Positions 46,630 through 55,871 of a stretch of DNA of 64,000 bases are shown here, piece after piece. Positions within the stretch are counted from its first letter, which is position 1, and the number at the start of each line of letters is the position of its first letter. This DNA comes from a virus (Duplodnaviria; Caudoviricetes). The translations under genes were made by a program, and so were the position numbers. The notes under the pieces are model-generated. The model was not told the DNA's origin, did no database searches, and saw nothing but the letters and a program-made list of their open reading frames with translations. The stretch lies in the IMG/VR virus record IMGVR_UViG_3300048549_001527. The stretch is one strand, 5' to 3'.

Positions 46630-47489
46630 AAGTATTAGTAACAGGTGCAACAGGTTATATTGGTAGTCATGTTTGCAAACAATTAAAAGAACACGGTCAT
46701 GAAGTGCACGGCTTTGATTTGAACATACACGGCGAATATAACAACGTTGAAAAGTATTGCGATAAGTTTTGGGTACAAGACCTTATGGATCATTGGCTTA
46801 TGGGTTGGGGAGACGCAGTAGTTCACCTAGCAGGCCGTAGCGTTGTTCCTCAATCACTAAAAGAACCATCAGCGTATTATCGTACTAACATAATGGGTAC
46901 AAAAAATGCTGTTGAAAAGCTCAGAACAGAAAATTTTATATTTGCAAGTACAAGTTCTGCGTTTGAAATGGCTTCTCCATACGCAAGAAGTAAGGTAGGA
47001 GCAGAAGATGTAATTAAGGAGAAAGCAGATGGGTATACTATTTTTCGCTTTTTTAACGTCAGCGGTACTGATGGTGTTAACCGCCAACTTGGTGTGGCTT
47101 CCCATCTTATCCGTGTTGCTGCTATGGTGGCTGCTGGCAAAATTCCCAATATTAAGGTCTTTGGTAACGATTATGATACTAGGGACGGTACTTGCATTCG
47201 CGATTATATACACGTTAGTGATCTTAGCCGTTCTATAATTAATGCGGTTGAAGCTGGTCCTAGCAATACTCCATACGAGTGTTTAGGTTCTCAAAGCGGT
47301 TGGACTGTACATGAAGTACTTGATACAATGGAAAGAGTTACAGGCGTTAGTATGAACCGTGAAATCGTTGGCAGGAGATTGGGCGATCAAGCTGCCGCAG
47401 TCGCGACTCCGTCAACATTATGCAAATTAACTAAAACATTAGAAGATATGTGTTTAGACCAATTTACTTTAGAAATGAATAATCCATGA
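46626..47489 (+). CDS. galE: UDP-glucose 4-epimerase-like extended SDR
   Basis: TGATGYIGS, PYARSK, RFFNV, DGTCIRDYIHV. Confidence 0.85.
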   Translation: MKVLVTGATGYIGSHVCKQLKEHGHEVHGFDLNIHGEYNNVEKYCDKFWVQDLMDHWLMGWGDAVVHLAGRSVVPQSLKEPSAYYRTNIMGTKNAVEKLRTENFIFASTSSAFEMASPYARSKVGAEDVIKEKADGYTIFRFFNVSGTDGVNRQLGVASHLIRVAAMVAAGKIPNIKVFGNDYDTRDGTCIRDYIHVSDLSRSIINAVEAGPSNTPYECLGSQSGWTVHEVLDTMERVTGVSMNREIVGRRLGDQAAAVATPSTLCKLTKTLEDMCLDQFTLEMNNP

Positions 47490-48190
47490 AAATACAAAAT
47501 ATTGCCTTGTTTCCAACGAATGTAACTCACGCACAACATGAGGTTAGCAAAGAAGAACAAGATCTTTGGTTTGATTTGTATTTAAAACATTCTAATGAAG
47601 ATGGGAGAACTCATGACCTTTTAGGATATGAACAAATCCAATTAGAGCCAAGCCTAGAAGGTTTCTTTAAGCATAAAGTAATGCCGAGTGTACGTGAATA
47701 TTTCAAAACGTTAAGTGTTGACTCAAACAAGTTTAACGTCCATATAACTAAAACTTTCTTTAACGTTGTTGACGATAACGGAATCAATAAACACAACCAC
47801 GAAGAAAACCATATATCATTTACTTATTATCCATATATAAAACCAGGAAAAGAAAGAAGTATTATATTATATGATACTAAATCTTGCCATTCAAACGAAA
47901 TAAACACAAGTTGGTTTTTTCATTATGTTGATAAATGGACTGAAATGAATTGTACTAATTTTTCTATACCAGTAGGTCAAGGTTCTATGCTTATTTTTCC
48001 AAGCAATATGAACCATGATATCACAAAAGAAAAACATGAAAGTACAGTTATAAATTCGTTTAAAACTAAAGAGGATTTACTTGAAAGCCGGTTTTGTGTT
48101 GCAGGTGATATGATCATTACAAAAAAACCAGAAGCAAAAGTTTATATGAGAACTTTATCATCTCCTGAAAATTGGAAAACATTTGGTTGA
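47486..48190 (+). CDS. 2OG-Fe(II) oxygenase-like protein
   Basis: HNHEENHISFTYY and LIFPS...HD motifs. Confidence 0.65.
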   Translation: MKIQNIALFPTNVTHAQHEVSKEEQDLWFDLYLKHSNEDGRTHDLLGYEQIQLEPSLEGFFKHKVMPSVREYFKTLSVDSNKFNVHITKTFFNVVDDNGINKHNHEENHISFTYYPYIKPGKERSIILYDTKSCHSNEINTSWFFHYVDKWTEMNCTNFSIPVGQGSMLIFPSNMNHDITKEKHESTVINSFKTKEDLLESRFCVAGDMIITKKPEAKVYMRTLSSPENWKTFG

Positions 48191-48215
48191 CATTCTAAAA
48201 GAATCAGTATAAATT
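48187..48215 (+). promoter_or_regulatory. sigma70-type promoter with GAATCAG
   Basis: TTGACA-ttctaaaaGAATCAGta-TAAATT. Confidence 0.6.
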
Positions 48216-48239
48216 AAATATATCTAAAGGAGAATAGAT

Positions 48240-48464
48240 ATGGATAAGCAAGCTGAAATAGCTACAGAGTTAGCAATTGATATCATGATGAACGGTTTTC
48301 ATCAGCCTTTAGTAAATGGTAAAGCTAATGTAGAAAAAATTGAAGACGAAATAGTTAAAGGTATATATGCTCGTGAAATAAAAGACGTTAATCAAGAAAC
48401 GGTTAATATGGCAGTTATGTTTGTTAACGATATAATAAAAGAGTTTGGAGAATTAGATGGGTAA
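48240..48464 (+). CDS. Hypothetical protein
   Basis: 74 aa, SD aggag. Confidence 0.55.
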   Translation: MDKQAEIATELAIDIMMNGFHQPLVNGKANVEKIEDEIVKGIYAREIKDVNQETVNMAVMFVNDIIKEFGELDG

Positions 48465-49179
48465 TTATCAAATCAATCATAAAGAAGTTACCTTGGAAGG
48501 TCATACGTATTTTATTCCTTCATACGCGTTACGACGCCCTGCGGCAGAAGTAATGATAAATGGATATCGTTATGAAGCAAGGACACACGAGTTTGTTGTT
48601 GGAGTATTAAAAGATACTAAAATGTCTATGATCCATGGTGGTACGTTCTTTGGTGATATGGTTCCAAATTTTTCTGTACATTGCGAAGGTACATTATATG
48701 CCTTTGAGCCGGTATTAGAAAACTACGTTCTTACGAGACGTTGCGTTCAAGAAAACAATTTGACTAATGTTATGTTATTTAATGCAGCTATGAGTCTTGA
48801 AACTGGTTACGCGTATATGCAAACATTTGACAATGGCCACATGGGTGGCGCATCACAAATTACAGAAGATGACAATAAGAAAACACAATTAGTTAATACG
48901 ATCGCAATTGATGATTTGGCTATTAAAGAATTATCAATTATGCATTTGGATTTAGAAAACCATGAGCCTCCTGCAATCAAAGGAGCAAAGAATACAATAA
49001 TGCAAAATGAACCTATTGTAATTATGGAAGACTATTATGATAAAGCTGGTGATGTTCTTAAAGAATGGGGATACGAATATATTGGACAGCTAAAGTTCTC
49101 CCCTCACAATTGGTTAAATATATGGTCAACAGAAAAGTTTAAAGATGTCGCAACCAATAATTTACAAACACAATCATAA
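48457..49179 (+). CDS. FkbM-family methyltransferase
   Basis: IHGGTFFG, YAFEP, IDDL..K, MHLDLENHE. Confidence 0.75.
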   Translation: MGNYQINHKEVTLEGHTYFIPSYALRRPAAEVMINGYRYEARTHEFVVGVLKDTKMSMIHGGTFFGDMVPNFSVHCEGTLYAFEPVLENYVLTRRCVQENNLTNVMLFNAAMSLETGYAYMQTFDNGHMGGASQITEDDNKKTQLVNTIAIDDLAIKELSIMHLDLENHEPPAIKGAKNTIMQNEPIVIMEDYYDKAGDVLKEWGYEYIGQLKFSPHNWLNIWSTEKFKDVATNNLQTQS

Positions 49180-49256
49180 AGAGTTTTTAAAACTGCAGCG
49201 GTTTAAGAAAGAAACTCTCAAATTAAAACGAATGCGTAAAAGGGATTTGAAAGAAT

Positions 49257-49511
49257 ATGTCCTTAAAAATAATCCAGTTCATAGCTAATTACTCGAACTC
49301 AGCAAAACTGTTAGATAAGCAAATAGCAGGTAAAGATTTTGGTGTACCTATTGAAAAGGTAGACATAATGGGAAACGTTGGTTTAGCAGGTAGCTATGGT
49401 GTTAAAACATTACCGTGTTTTATACTATTAAAGGATGGTGTTGAAATTGATAGAGTTCAAGGTACAATTCCGCCGCGTTTAATAACTGAAATGATTAATC
49501 GTCATTCCTAA
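49257..49511 (+). CDS. Thioredoxin-fold protein lacking CxxC
   Basis: F.A.YSNSAK, KVD, YGV.TLP.FILLKDG.E.DR..G. Confidence 0.7.
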   Translation: MSLKIIQFIANYSNSAKLLDKQIAGKDFGVPIEKVDIMGNVGLAGSYGVKTLPCFILLKDGVEIDRVQGTIPPRLITEMINRHS

Positions 49512-50070
49512 AAAATATATTGCAATTTCTAACGTGATTAATGTTTCTTTTATTGCATGCTTTCTTTTGTATATCAGAACTTATCTTGTCTCTGCGGTAT
49601 CCACGCCTTTCCCACTCATCAATCCATTCTCTTTCGTGCCTTTCAGCAATATGACCATTGCCGCCTTGCCCAGGCCTTGCGGCTGAAAACAAAACGACGC
49701 GTGGATTTTTAGAAACAAGATAGTCAAATATTTCAGCATGGAATTTTTTGTCAATATGTTCCATAACTTCAATAGACACAATTGCGTCATAAGTTGGTAA
49801 TATTGGTGATGGTTCAGGATCTTTAGTTATATCCCAAACAATATTTTCACAACCTTCATTTTGAAACATATTAGGATCCATCGGGGCAGGTTCTACGCCA
49901 TGAACGATTGGAATATCGGAATTGGACATGTAATTACAATAATGCCCAATTCCGCAACCAAACTCAAAAACCGAAGTTGGTTTAAATTTATCTACAAAGG
50001 ACCTTATCATGCCATCGTCAAAGTTATTAGGATACCATTTTTTATGGTCTTCAAAAGTCCAGTGTGCCAT
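49495..50070 (-). CDS. Class I SAM-dependent methyltransferase
   Basis: FEFGCGIG, SIEVMEHI, FSAA.PGQGG.GHI.E. Confidence 0.8.
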   Translation of the reverse strand: MAHWTFEDHKKWYPNNFDDGMIRSFVDKFKPTSVFEFGCGIGHYCNYMSNSDIPIVHGVEPAPMDPNMFQNEGCENIVWDITKDPEPSPILPTYDAIVSIEVMEHIDKKFHAEIFDYLVSKNPRVVLFSAARPGQGGNGHIAERHEREWIDEWERRGYRRDKISSDIQKKACNKRNINHVRNCNIFFRNDD

Positions 50071-50073
50071 GGT

Positions 50074-50232
50074 TTATTCTTTACGCCAGATTGTCCATGC
50101 TCCCCAAGCAATTGCTGCATAAGCAATCATTTGAGTTAGCGGGCTGAATACAATAATGGCAGCACCAGCGGCAACCATTAAAATTCCGTCCATACTTGAA
50201 CGCTCTGTAAGTTTTGATTTTAACCAATTCAT
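50074..50232 (-). CDS. 52-aa two-TM membrane protein (not in ORF track)
   Basis: MNWLKSKLTERSSMDGILMVAAGAAIIVFSPLTQMIAYAAIAWGAWTIWRKE. Confidence 0.65.
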   Translation of the reverse strand: MNWLKSKLTERSSMDGILMVAAGAAIIVFSPLTQMIAYAAIAWGAWTIWRKE

Positions 50233-50543
50233 TTTTTGGTCTCCTTCTGTTTTATTACTTTTGCTTTAGATCCAGCTTCTAGCGTTCGCAGCCGCAATTC
50301 TAAATCATCAATTTTCTTTGTGACTTTAGGATAGCGTTTACGCCAAGCTTCAGGATCGTCTTGTAGCCAATCCCAACCAAAGCGGTCTACTAAATAATCT
50401 AAAAATGCATCAAACTTCGACATCAGATAAAGTGCTGCGTGTGTATTTCTGAACCATGCCAAAAATGCTGCGCCAATTACTGATCCGCCGATAGCTGTAT
50501 ATATCCACAGCGTATCGCCAAACATTCTAGTTAACATTTCCAT
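50229..50543 (-). CDS. Membrane-anchored hypothetical protein
   Basis: N-terminal TM segment; basic coiled tail. Confidence 0.6.
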   Translation of the reverse strand: MEMLTRMFGDTLWIYTAIGGSVIGAAFLAWFRNTHAALYLMSKFDAFLDYLVDRFGWDWLQDDPEAWRKRYPKVTKKIDDLELRLRTLEAGSKAKVIKQKETKK

Positions 50544-50735
50544 TTATTTATCCTTATGATTATGAGTTCCGTTTCCGTGCGTATGACCATGACCAACATA
50601 TGACCATATAGCCCATCCACCTAAACCAACCGGTACAGCATGTAATAATAAATGCAAGATAAAAAGTATTGTACTTATAGCATAAGTTATATGTGCTGCT
50701 TTACTGTGAAAAAAATTGTCGAATAATTTAGCCAC
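50544..50735 (-). CDS. Small membrane protein with His-rich tail
   Basis: Hydrophobic core; GHGHTHGNGTHNH tail. Confidence 0.5.
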   Translation of the reverse strand: MAKLFDNFFHSKAAHITYAISTILFILHLLLHAVPVGLGGWAIWSYVGHGHTHGNGTHNHKDK

Positions 50736-50976
50736 CGAAAGTACTCATTATCATTGGACCAAAGGCTGTTGCAACAAAACCTAGTATTGCAATAGCTATA
50801 AGACCAAGGATAAGCCACTTTGCTTTGAAATCGTCGACTCGCATTGCAAATCCAATAACTTCGTTGTTCATTATTCTAAAACTTAAATCAAAAGTTCCTT
50901 CTGGTGTATCTTCATCTTTTAATGGTACAGGTTTTTGTAATATTTTTGGTACTTCAATTTCATCAGACATTTTCAT
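50728..50976 (-). CDS. Small membrane protein
   Basis: C-terminal TM segment. Confidence 0.55.
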   Translation of the reverse strand: MKMSDEIEVPKILQKPVPLKDEDTPEGTFDLSFRIMNNEVIGFAMRVDDFKAKWLILGLIAIAILGFVATAFGPMIMSTFGG

Positions 50977-51700
50977 TTTCTTTCGTGTATTTACAATAAT
51001 GGTTCATACCGTGATCGTATGCCCCGTCGAATGGCATTCCTTTTTTAAATGCACGTAATCTTCCACGCCATTTATCTTTTGTTCTTTGCCATCTACTCAT
51101 TTTTCTAATATTACCGAAGTAGTTGATGTACCGCGGTTGCGAATGGTGTCTATATCCCATTGCAGCAAAAGGAACACAAGTGACCAAGTCGTTATTGTTA
51201 ACATGGCGGAAATGAGGTATATGAGCAAACGATTTAACAAATTTTCTAGTCCCTACTCTTGGCGACCCATATGTATATAAAGCTGTAACTTTATCGCCGA
51301 GTCGGCTTGTTGCAATTGTTGCCATTGCAGCTCCTAAAGAATGGCCGCAAATAAACAAATGTTTTCCATCTGTTTTCATTTTAGATAAAGCCTTTTCAAT
51401 GTCAGGCCATACTTTGTTTACTTCTTCTTGAAACCCGTTATGTACTAATCCGTGTCCATTGTTTGGTTTATCTGGAAAGGCGTTTAAATCTGCCTTAATA
51501 TCAGAAAACTCTTTTGGTTCGGTACCGCGAAATGCAATTGTTATTTCTTCTTTGTTTGAAATGATGTGGCATTGTGCACCGTTTACTTCAACAAACTTGT
51601 GGGCTACATAACCTAATTTTTTATATTTAGGTTTTGCCTCAGGTCCGTCTAAGTATGCAAGCTCAGCTACTTCTGCCATCTTTGCACAATTTTCTAACAT
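50963..51700 (-). CDS. Class 3 lipase (alpha/beta hydrolase)
   Basis: AFRGTE, VHNGF, GHSLG (GxSxG), YTYGSPRVG, NNNDLV..VP, DHGM. Confidence 0.9.
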   Translation of the reverse strand: MLENCAKMAEVAELAYLDGPEAKPKYKKLGYVAHKFVEVNGAQCHIISNKEEITIAFRGTEPKEFSDIKADLNAFPDKPNNGHGLVHNGFQEEVNKVWPDIEKALSKMKTDGKHLFICGHSLGAAMATIATSRLGDKVTALYTYGSPRVGTRKFVKSFAHIPHFRHVNNNDLVTCVPFAAMGYRHHSQPRYINYFGNIRKMSRWQRTKDKWRGRLRAFKKGMPFDGAYDHGMNHYCKYTKENENV

Positions 51701-51702
51701 TG

Positions 51703-52044
51703 TTACTCCCCTGCTGCTAACATTTTTTCTAATATATCATCTTGTCTCATTTCCATGATATCTATTTGTATTTGTTGCATGTCGTGAAACGTTTCATGCC
51801 TTGCATATTTTGAAGCGATTGCTCCTGATAATTCAAGATGATTCATCTCAGTTTGCTTTTTTAATTCTTTAACTTGAATTTCTAATTTTTCCGTATTAAT
51901 TATAAGATTATTAATTTGTTCTTGCTGCTTTATACTTTCTGCAGTATTTTGTTCTTGAAAATAACCTAATGTCGCTACTTCGTTTTCCAAGTTGTTAATA
52001 GTGTTTCCCATAGCAAAAAACGTTATGAATGCTAAAATTTCCAT
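51703..52044 (-). CDS. Membrane-anchored coiled-coil protein
   Basis: Hydrophobic N-terminus; heptad pattern. Confidence 0.55.
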   Translation of the reverse strand: MEILAFITFFAMGNTINNLENEVATLGYFQEQNTAESIKQQEQINNLIINTEKLEIQVKELKKQTEMNHLELSGAIASKYARHETFHDMQQIQIDIMEMRQDDILEKMLAAGE

Positions 52045-52257
52045 TTACTTACCTTTGCTTAACAGTTTTGCTTTAATGGCTTCGCTTGGACTGACCGGAA
52101 CATCGGCCGGTCGCCGTGGCGATTCTTCCACTTTTCCATCTTTTCGTGTAGTACTGCGTCGTGGCGAATTACCAGAAATTTGAGCTCTGAGTTCTGCAAT
52201 TCTTCTTCTGATATCTCGAATTTGTTTTCTAGTACTTTCATAATAGTCATTAGTCAT
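52045..52257 (-). CDS. Basic hypothetical protein
   Basis: 70 aa, coupled in the operon. Confidence 0.5.
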   Translation of the reverse strand: MTNDYYESTRKQIRDIRRRIAELRAQISGNSPRRSTTRKDGKVEESPRRPADVPVSPSEAIKAKLLSKGK

Positions 52258-52369
52258 TTTTCTTGCAGCTGCATTTTATGCATACGTCATTTTGGCAATC
52301 TTTACAGTCAGGTCTATAACAATGGCAATCATGGCCGCACGACGTACATGTTCTTTTTGATTCTTGCAT
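52250..52369 (-). CDS. 39-aa Cys/His-rich metallothionein-like peptide (not in ORF track)
   Basis: SD aggag; MQESKRTCTSCGHDCHCYRPDCKDCQNDVCIKCSCKKND (9 Cys, 2 His). Confidence 0.65.
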   Translation of the reverse strand: MQESKRTCTSCGHDCHCYRPDCKDCQNDVCIKCSCKKND

Positions 52370-52378
52370 GTGTATCTC

Positions 52379-53074
52379 CTATTCTGATAACGGATTATCT
52401 AATGCTTCTTGTATTGTTTCTTTGAGGTCCTTTTCTAATAATCTCATTTCACTATCAATATTAGTTTGTGTATCACGCATAGTATTACGTACGTCTTTTT
52501 CAGACGCTCTTATCGTCGCTTCAACTTCACGGATAGACGAAGTTACGTCTTTTTGAAGTTCGTTCATTTCAGTACGAATACCTTCAAGAGTACCACCAAT
52601 ACTATTTTGTGTATTCTTAATTCTTGCTTCTGAATTGTCAAGGTTAGTTGAAATTGTATCTCTTAAGTTTGCCATTGTATCTTGGTTATCTTTAAGAGTT
52701 ATTCTTAGCCTTTCTTCGAAGGCATCAAGTTTTGCGTATATATCTTTACGCAAATCTCTTACGGTGGTTTCAGCCGCAATAACCTGATCTTCTAATACTC
52801 CTATTAAATTTTCAGAACGGGCAATGTCACCTTTTAAATCGTCTTTAATATCTTGTGTATATCCTATAGCGTCTTCAAGCTTTTGTAGTTGCAATGCATT
52901 TGCTGCGGCGATTTCGTCAATGTCAATGTTTTGAACAATTTCTTTCATGTCCATATAGTCCGCATAAAATTCAAAACCGGCCCATGCGCCACCACCTAAA
53001 GTAGATAGTGCGGTTAAGACAGCAAACATTTTACCACCTTTAAACGTGGTTCCGGCAAATTCAAATTCAGCCAT
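52379..53074 (-). CDS. Inner-membrane-anchored long coiled-coil protein
   Basis: N-terminal TM (FAVLTALSTLGGGAWAGF) then about 190 aa of amphipathic helix. Confidence 0.65.
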   Translation of the reverse strand: MAEFEFAGTTFKGGKMFAVLTALSTLGGGAWAGFEFYADYMDMKEIVQNIDIDEIAAANALQLQKLEDAIGYTQDIKDDLKGDIARSENLIGVLEDQVIAAETTVRDLRKDIYAKLDAFEERLRITLKDNQDTMANLRDTISTNLDNSEARIKNTQNSIGGTLEGIRTEMNELQKDVTSSIREVEATIRASEKDVRNTMRDTQTNIDSEMRLLEKDLKETIQEALDNPLSE

Positions 53075-53077
53075 ATA

Positions 53078-53488
53078 TTACTCCTCGAAAGATAATTCTT
53101 TCAACTGCTGAAGCTCTCTTCTTAAACGTTCTAATTCCAGCGATTTTAACTGTAATTCCATTTCATATAATCTATTACAATCAATTCTTTCTTTAGGTCT
53201 TGCGCCGAGTGGTATAACAATCCTTGCATATACACCAACGTTATCAACTCTCCTATCATTAACATATCGATTCACATCATCATAATAACCGCCGTCAATA
53301 AGACCAGTTACACCGAGCTCAAGTTGTGTAGCCGATCCGATGGCATTAGAACAATCTAAATCACCAGCCCTAAATTTATCGGATTGGTAATTACCTGGTG
53401 CACTCGGTAATGCCAAACTTACCGAACCAGAGTCTGCGTTTACTGTTGTCGTAAACAACATTAAACACAATGAAATAATATAACGCAT
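53078..53488 (-). CDS. Secreted protein with signal peptide and Cys pair
   Basis: MRYIISLCLMLFTTTVNA/D; VGVYARIVIPL beta-hairpin; C-terminal coiled coil. Confidence 0.6.
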   Translation of the reverse strand: MRYIISLCLMLFTTTVNADSGSVSLALPSAPGNYQSDKFRAGDLDCSNAIGSATQLELGVTGLIDGGYYDDVNRYVNDRRVDNVGVYARIVIPLGARPKERIDCNRLYEMELQLKSLELERLRRELQQLKELSFEE

Positions 53489-53495
53489 AATGTTC

Positions 53496-53870
53496 TCACT
53501 TTAATTTGGAGCATATCCTTGATTTTACTCCGGTTGATAGTACATCATCCCTCAAAAGTTTAGAGGTAGTACATATATATACAGCCTTAGCTTTGTGTTC
53601 ACTTTTGATATAAACCTCAAATTGTTTCTTTTCTAAATAACCAAGCTTTATAACTTTATCTTGTGAAGCAAACGGAAGTGCCTCCCAATATTTATCAAAG
53701 ACTTCTATTTCGTAATACTCTACATCTGTTCTTCTATTCCATATATCCATAGTTGTCACCAACACACCATCTACGTACGCAGGTCGTAACTCAGGGTATG
53801 TTGGCGTCAATTCGTGTGATGTAACCGCAGTACTTATTAACACAAAAATCAAACTCACTAGGTATTTCAT
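53496..53870 (-). CDS. Secreted Ig-fold/periplasmic chaperone-like protein
   Basis: Signal peptide ending AVTS/H; beta-rich; YICT...SRIC Cys pair. Confidence 0.45.
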   Translation of the reverse strand: MKYLVSLIFVLISTAVTSHELTPTYPELRPAYVDGVLVTTMDIWNRRTDVEYYEIEVFDKYWEALPFASQDKVIKLGYLEKKQFEVYIKSEHKAKAVYICTTSKLLRDDVLSTGVKSRICSKLK

Positions 53871-53909
53871 TTTTAATCCTTCACTTTACTCTTTACGCAA
53901 ATTAACACC

Positions 53910-54413
53910 TTAGTCTGCGATACACTCTGCAACAACATTAGCTTTATATTCACCACCTGGTAGTGATTTGCCTACGCCATACTTTGCTTCTGATTCAACT
54001 TGAAACCAAGTAGACCCAGCTACACTAAGATCGTATTCAGTGTGATTATCGTATTCAATTTTAGCTGCTTCATATCCTGACATATTAGTATCTGATGTAT
54101 TAGATACTGTAACTTCGCCATCCCACGTTACTGAGTCACTAAGACTCGGTGCGGAAGTAAACGATGTTGGCCAGGAAATTTTAGCGGTATAGTAGTCTGC
54201 AATAGCAACGTCATAGCGTACAACTGGATAAACACCGCCGTCCGCTGGGATTGTGCTCAATTCGTCTGGTGTAGGGTTACCATAAACCCCAGCTGTGTCT
54301 GTAAAAATTGAGCATTTTGACGCAACGTTACCGGTGATTGGAGTTTCTGCTGCGCCTACAGATCCGCCTAGCATAATAGCTGCTACGCTACTAAATATTA
54401 GATGTTTGAACAT
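53910..54413 (-). CDS. Secreted pilin-like (fimbrial subunit-like) protein
   Basis: Likely start 54413; signal peptide SVGA/A; N-terminal ITGNVASKCSI; C-terminal PGGEYKANVVAEC. Confidence 0.5.
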   Translation of the reverse strand: MFKHLIFSSVAAIMLGGSVGAAETPITGNVASKCSIFTDTAGVYGNPTPDELSTIPADGGVYPVVRYDVAIADYYTAKISWPTSFTSAPSLSDSVTWDGEVTVSNTSDTNMSGYEAAKIEYDNHTEYDLSVAGSTWFQVESEAKYGVGKSLPGGEYKANVVAECIAD

Positions 54414-54423
54414 ATATTTCTCC

Positions 54424-55323
54424 TTATCGTTCATATTGAGAGCGTACCATAGATTTATGATTAGCATCAGATGCCAAGTTTCTCATCGCTCTTCGGTTGT
54501 CTGGATAACTAGATGAAGGCAATACTAAAGTATCTTCGTATATACCTCCAGGAATAGTTATTTCATAATATGGTACAATCTTTGGATTTAACGATAAATC
54601 AGCTAAGATTTTTTGTTGCGCGGTACTATCGACTAATTTGTCAATATTATTATTACCGCCAAGCTGTTCTTCCAAATCATCCTCTACTTCATTATTGGTT
54701 GTTTGTTCTATTTCTTCTTCGTCTTCTACATTTGCTTCACGGTTCAATTCAGCCTGAACCCATTCATCATAATAAGGATCTCCAATTGACGGTGGAACGG
54801 CAAGTGAAGCTAAATATTCTTGTAATGCTGTCGAATATCCAGGACAACTTGGATCTGATAATGGTGAAAGACATTTATAACTATCATCTACCACCATCTT
54901 ATAATTATAAACCACAAATGGATCCGTAACCGTACCTTCTCCTTCAACACTTATTTCTCCATCTCCCCACCTAGAAGAATCTGTATATCCAAATCTAAAA
55001 AATTTTCTTACAGACCCACCTGGGTTACCACTCCAATCATCTGTTTCTTCAAAAATATTTTGCCCAGGATTTGCAAGGTCTTCGTTTGAAATTGTAACCT
55101 TTGCGTCTGCCTCAGGATCTTTTACCATTGTATATTGATAAGCTAAACCATTTACTTCTACTGTAATATAAGGTGAAGCTGAATCAGGTAATACATTTTT
55201 CATTGCCCACGCTAAAGCATCCGCTGCGGCGTTATTTGTTGAATGATACGTTGTATCAGAGTAACAATAAGAGGAGGAGGCCGCCAACAATGCCACCGCC
55301 GAACAAAGTAGACTTAGTCTCAT
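54424..55323 (-). CDS. Secreted acidic protein
   Basis: Signal peptide; beta-rich N-domain; CLSPLSDPSCPG motif; acidic linker. Confidence 0.6.
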   Translation of the reverse strand: MRLSLLCSAVALLAASSSYCYSDTTYHSTNNAAADALAWAMKNVLPDSASPYITVEVNGLAYQYTMVKDPEADAKVTISNEDLANPGQNIFEETDDWSGNPGGSVRKFFRFGYTDSSRWGDGEISVEGEGTVTDPFVVYNYKMVVDDSYKCLSPLSDPSCPGYSTALQEYLASLAVPPSIGDPYYDEWVQAELNREANVEDEEEIEQTTNNEVEDDLEEQLGGNNNIDKLVDSTAQQKILADLSLNPKIVPYYEITIPGGIYEDTLVLPSSSYPDNRRAMRNLASDANHKSMVRSQYER

Positions 55324-55828
55324 CGTTCATATCCTTTATTATATTACTTTGCGGATCTTCAGGTTGTTCATCGCGATTTGCTATCCATGCTGCTTTAGCT
55401 GCGTCCCCAATCATACCATCATAAGGGCAAGGTGTTCCTGCATCCATCATAGCGTTAAATACGCGAGGATCTTGGCACATCACTGAAACCGCAGCAACTT
55501 TCATTCCCATATCATATAATGTTTTAGCGTTCTTTAACTTTTCACAATTCATATCACGAACCATCTTGGCACCTGATATACCCAATATTTGTGTTTGGAC
55601 TGCGCCGGAAACTCCAACTGTACATAAGTCTGAGTTAGCTGAATTAATCGAAGGGGCGATCGCCGACGGCGGTGGAGAATTAACTGTAGTCTCCGATGTA
55701 CTATTACTATTGATAGTACTTTCTGTTGTACTTTCTGTAACTATTGGCTCTGCCTCCACTGCGGTTGTTCCAATGAAAGGTATAAATAATAAAAACAGAA
55801 AGAGTAAATGTTTAGTCATAATGTTCAT
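55256..55828 (-). CDS. Secreted Cys-rich protein with C-terminal hydrophobic anchor
   Basis: Signal peptide AVEA/E; Ser/Thr-rich linker; four Cys; LFGGGIVGGLLLLLLL tail. Confidence 0.65.
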   Translation of the reverse strand: MNIMTKHLLFLFLLFIPFIGTTAVEAEPIVTESTTESTINSNSTSETTVNSPPPSAIAPSINSANSDLCTVGVSGAVQTQILGISGAKMVRDMNCEKLKNAKTLYDMGMKVAAVSVMCQDPRVFNAMMDAGTPCPYDGMIGDAAKAAWIANRDEQPEDPQSNIIKDMNDETKSTLFGGGIVGGLLLLLLL

Positions 55829-55871
55829 CCCATATTAGTAATGATAAAAGCATACTTTACTCTATTATATA

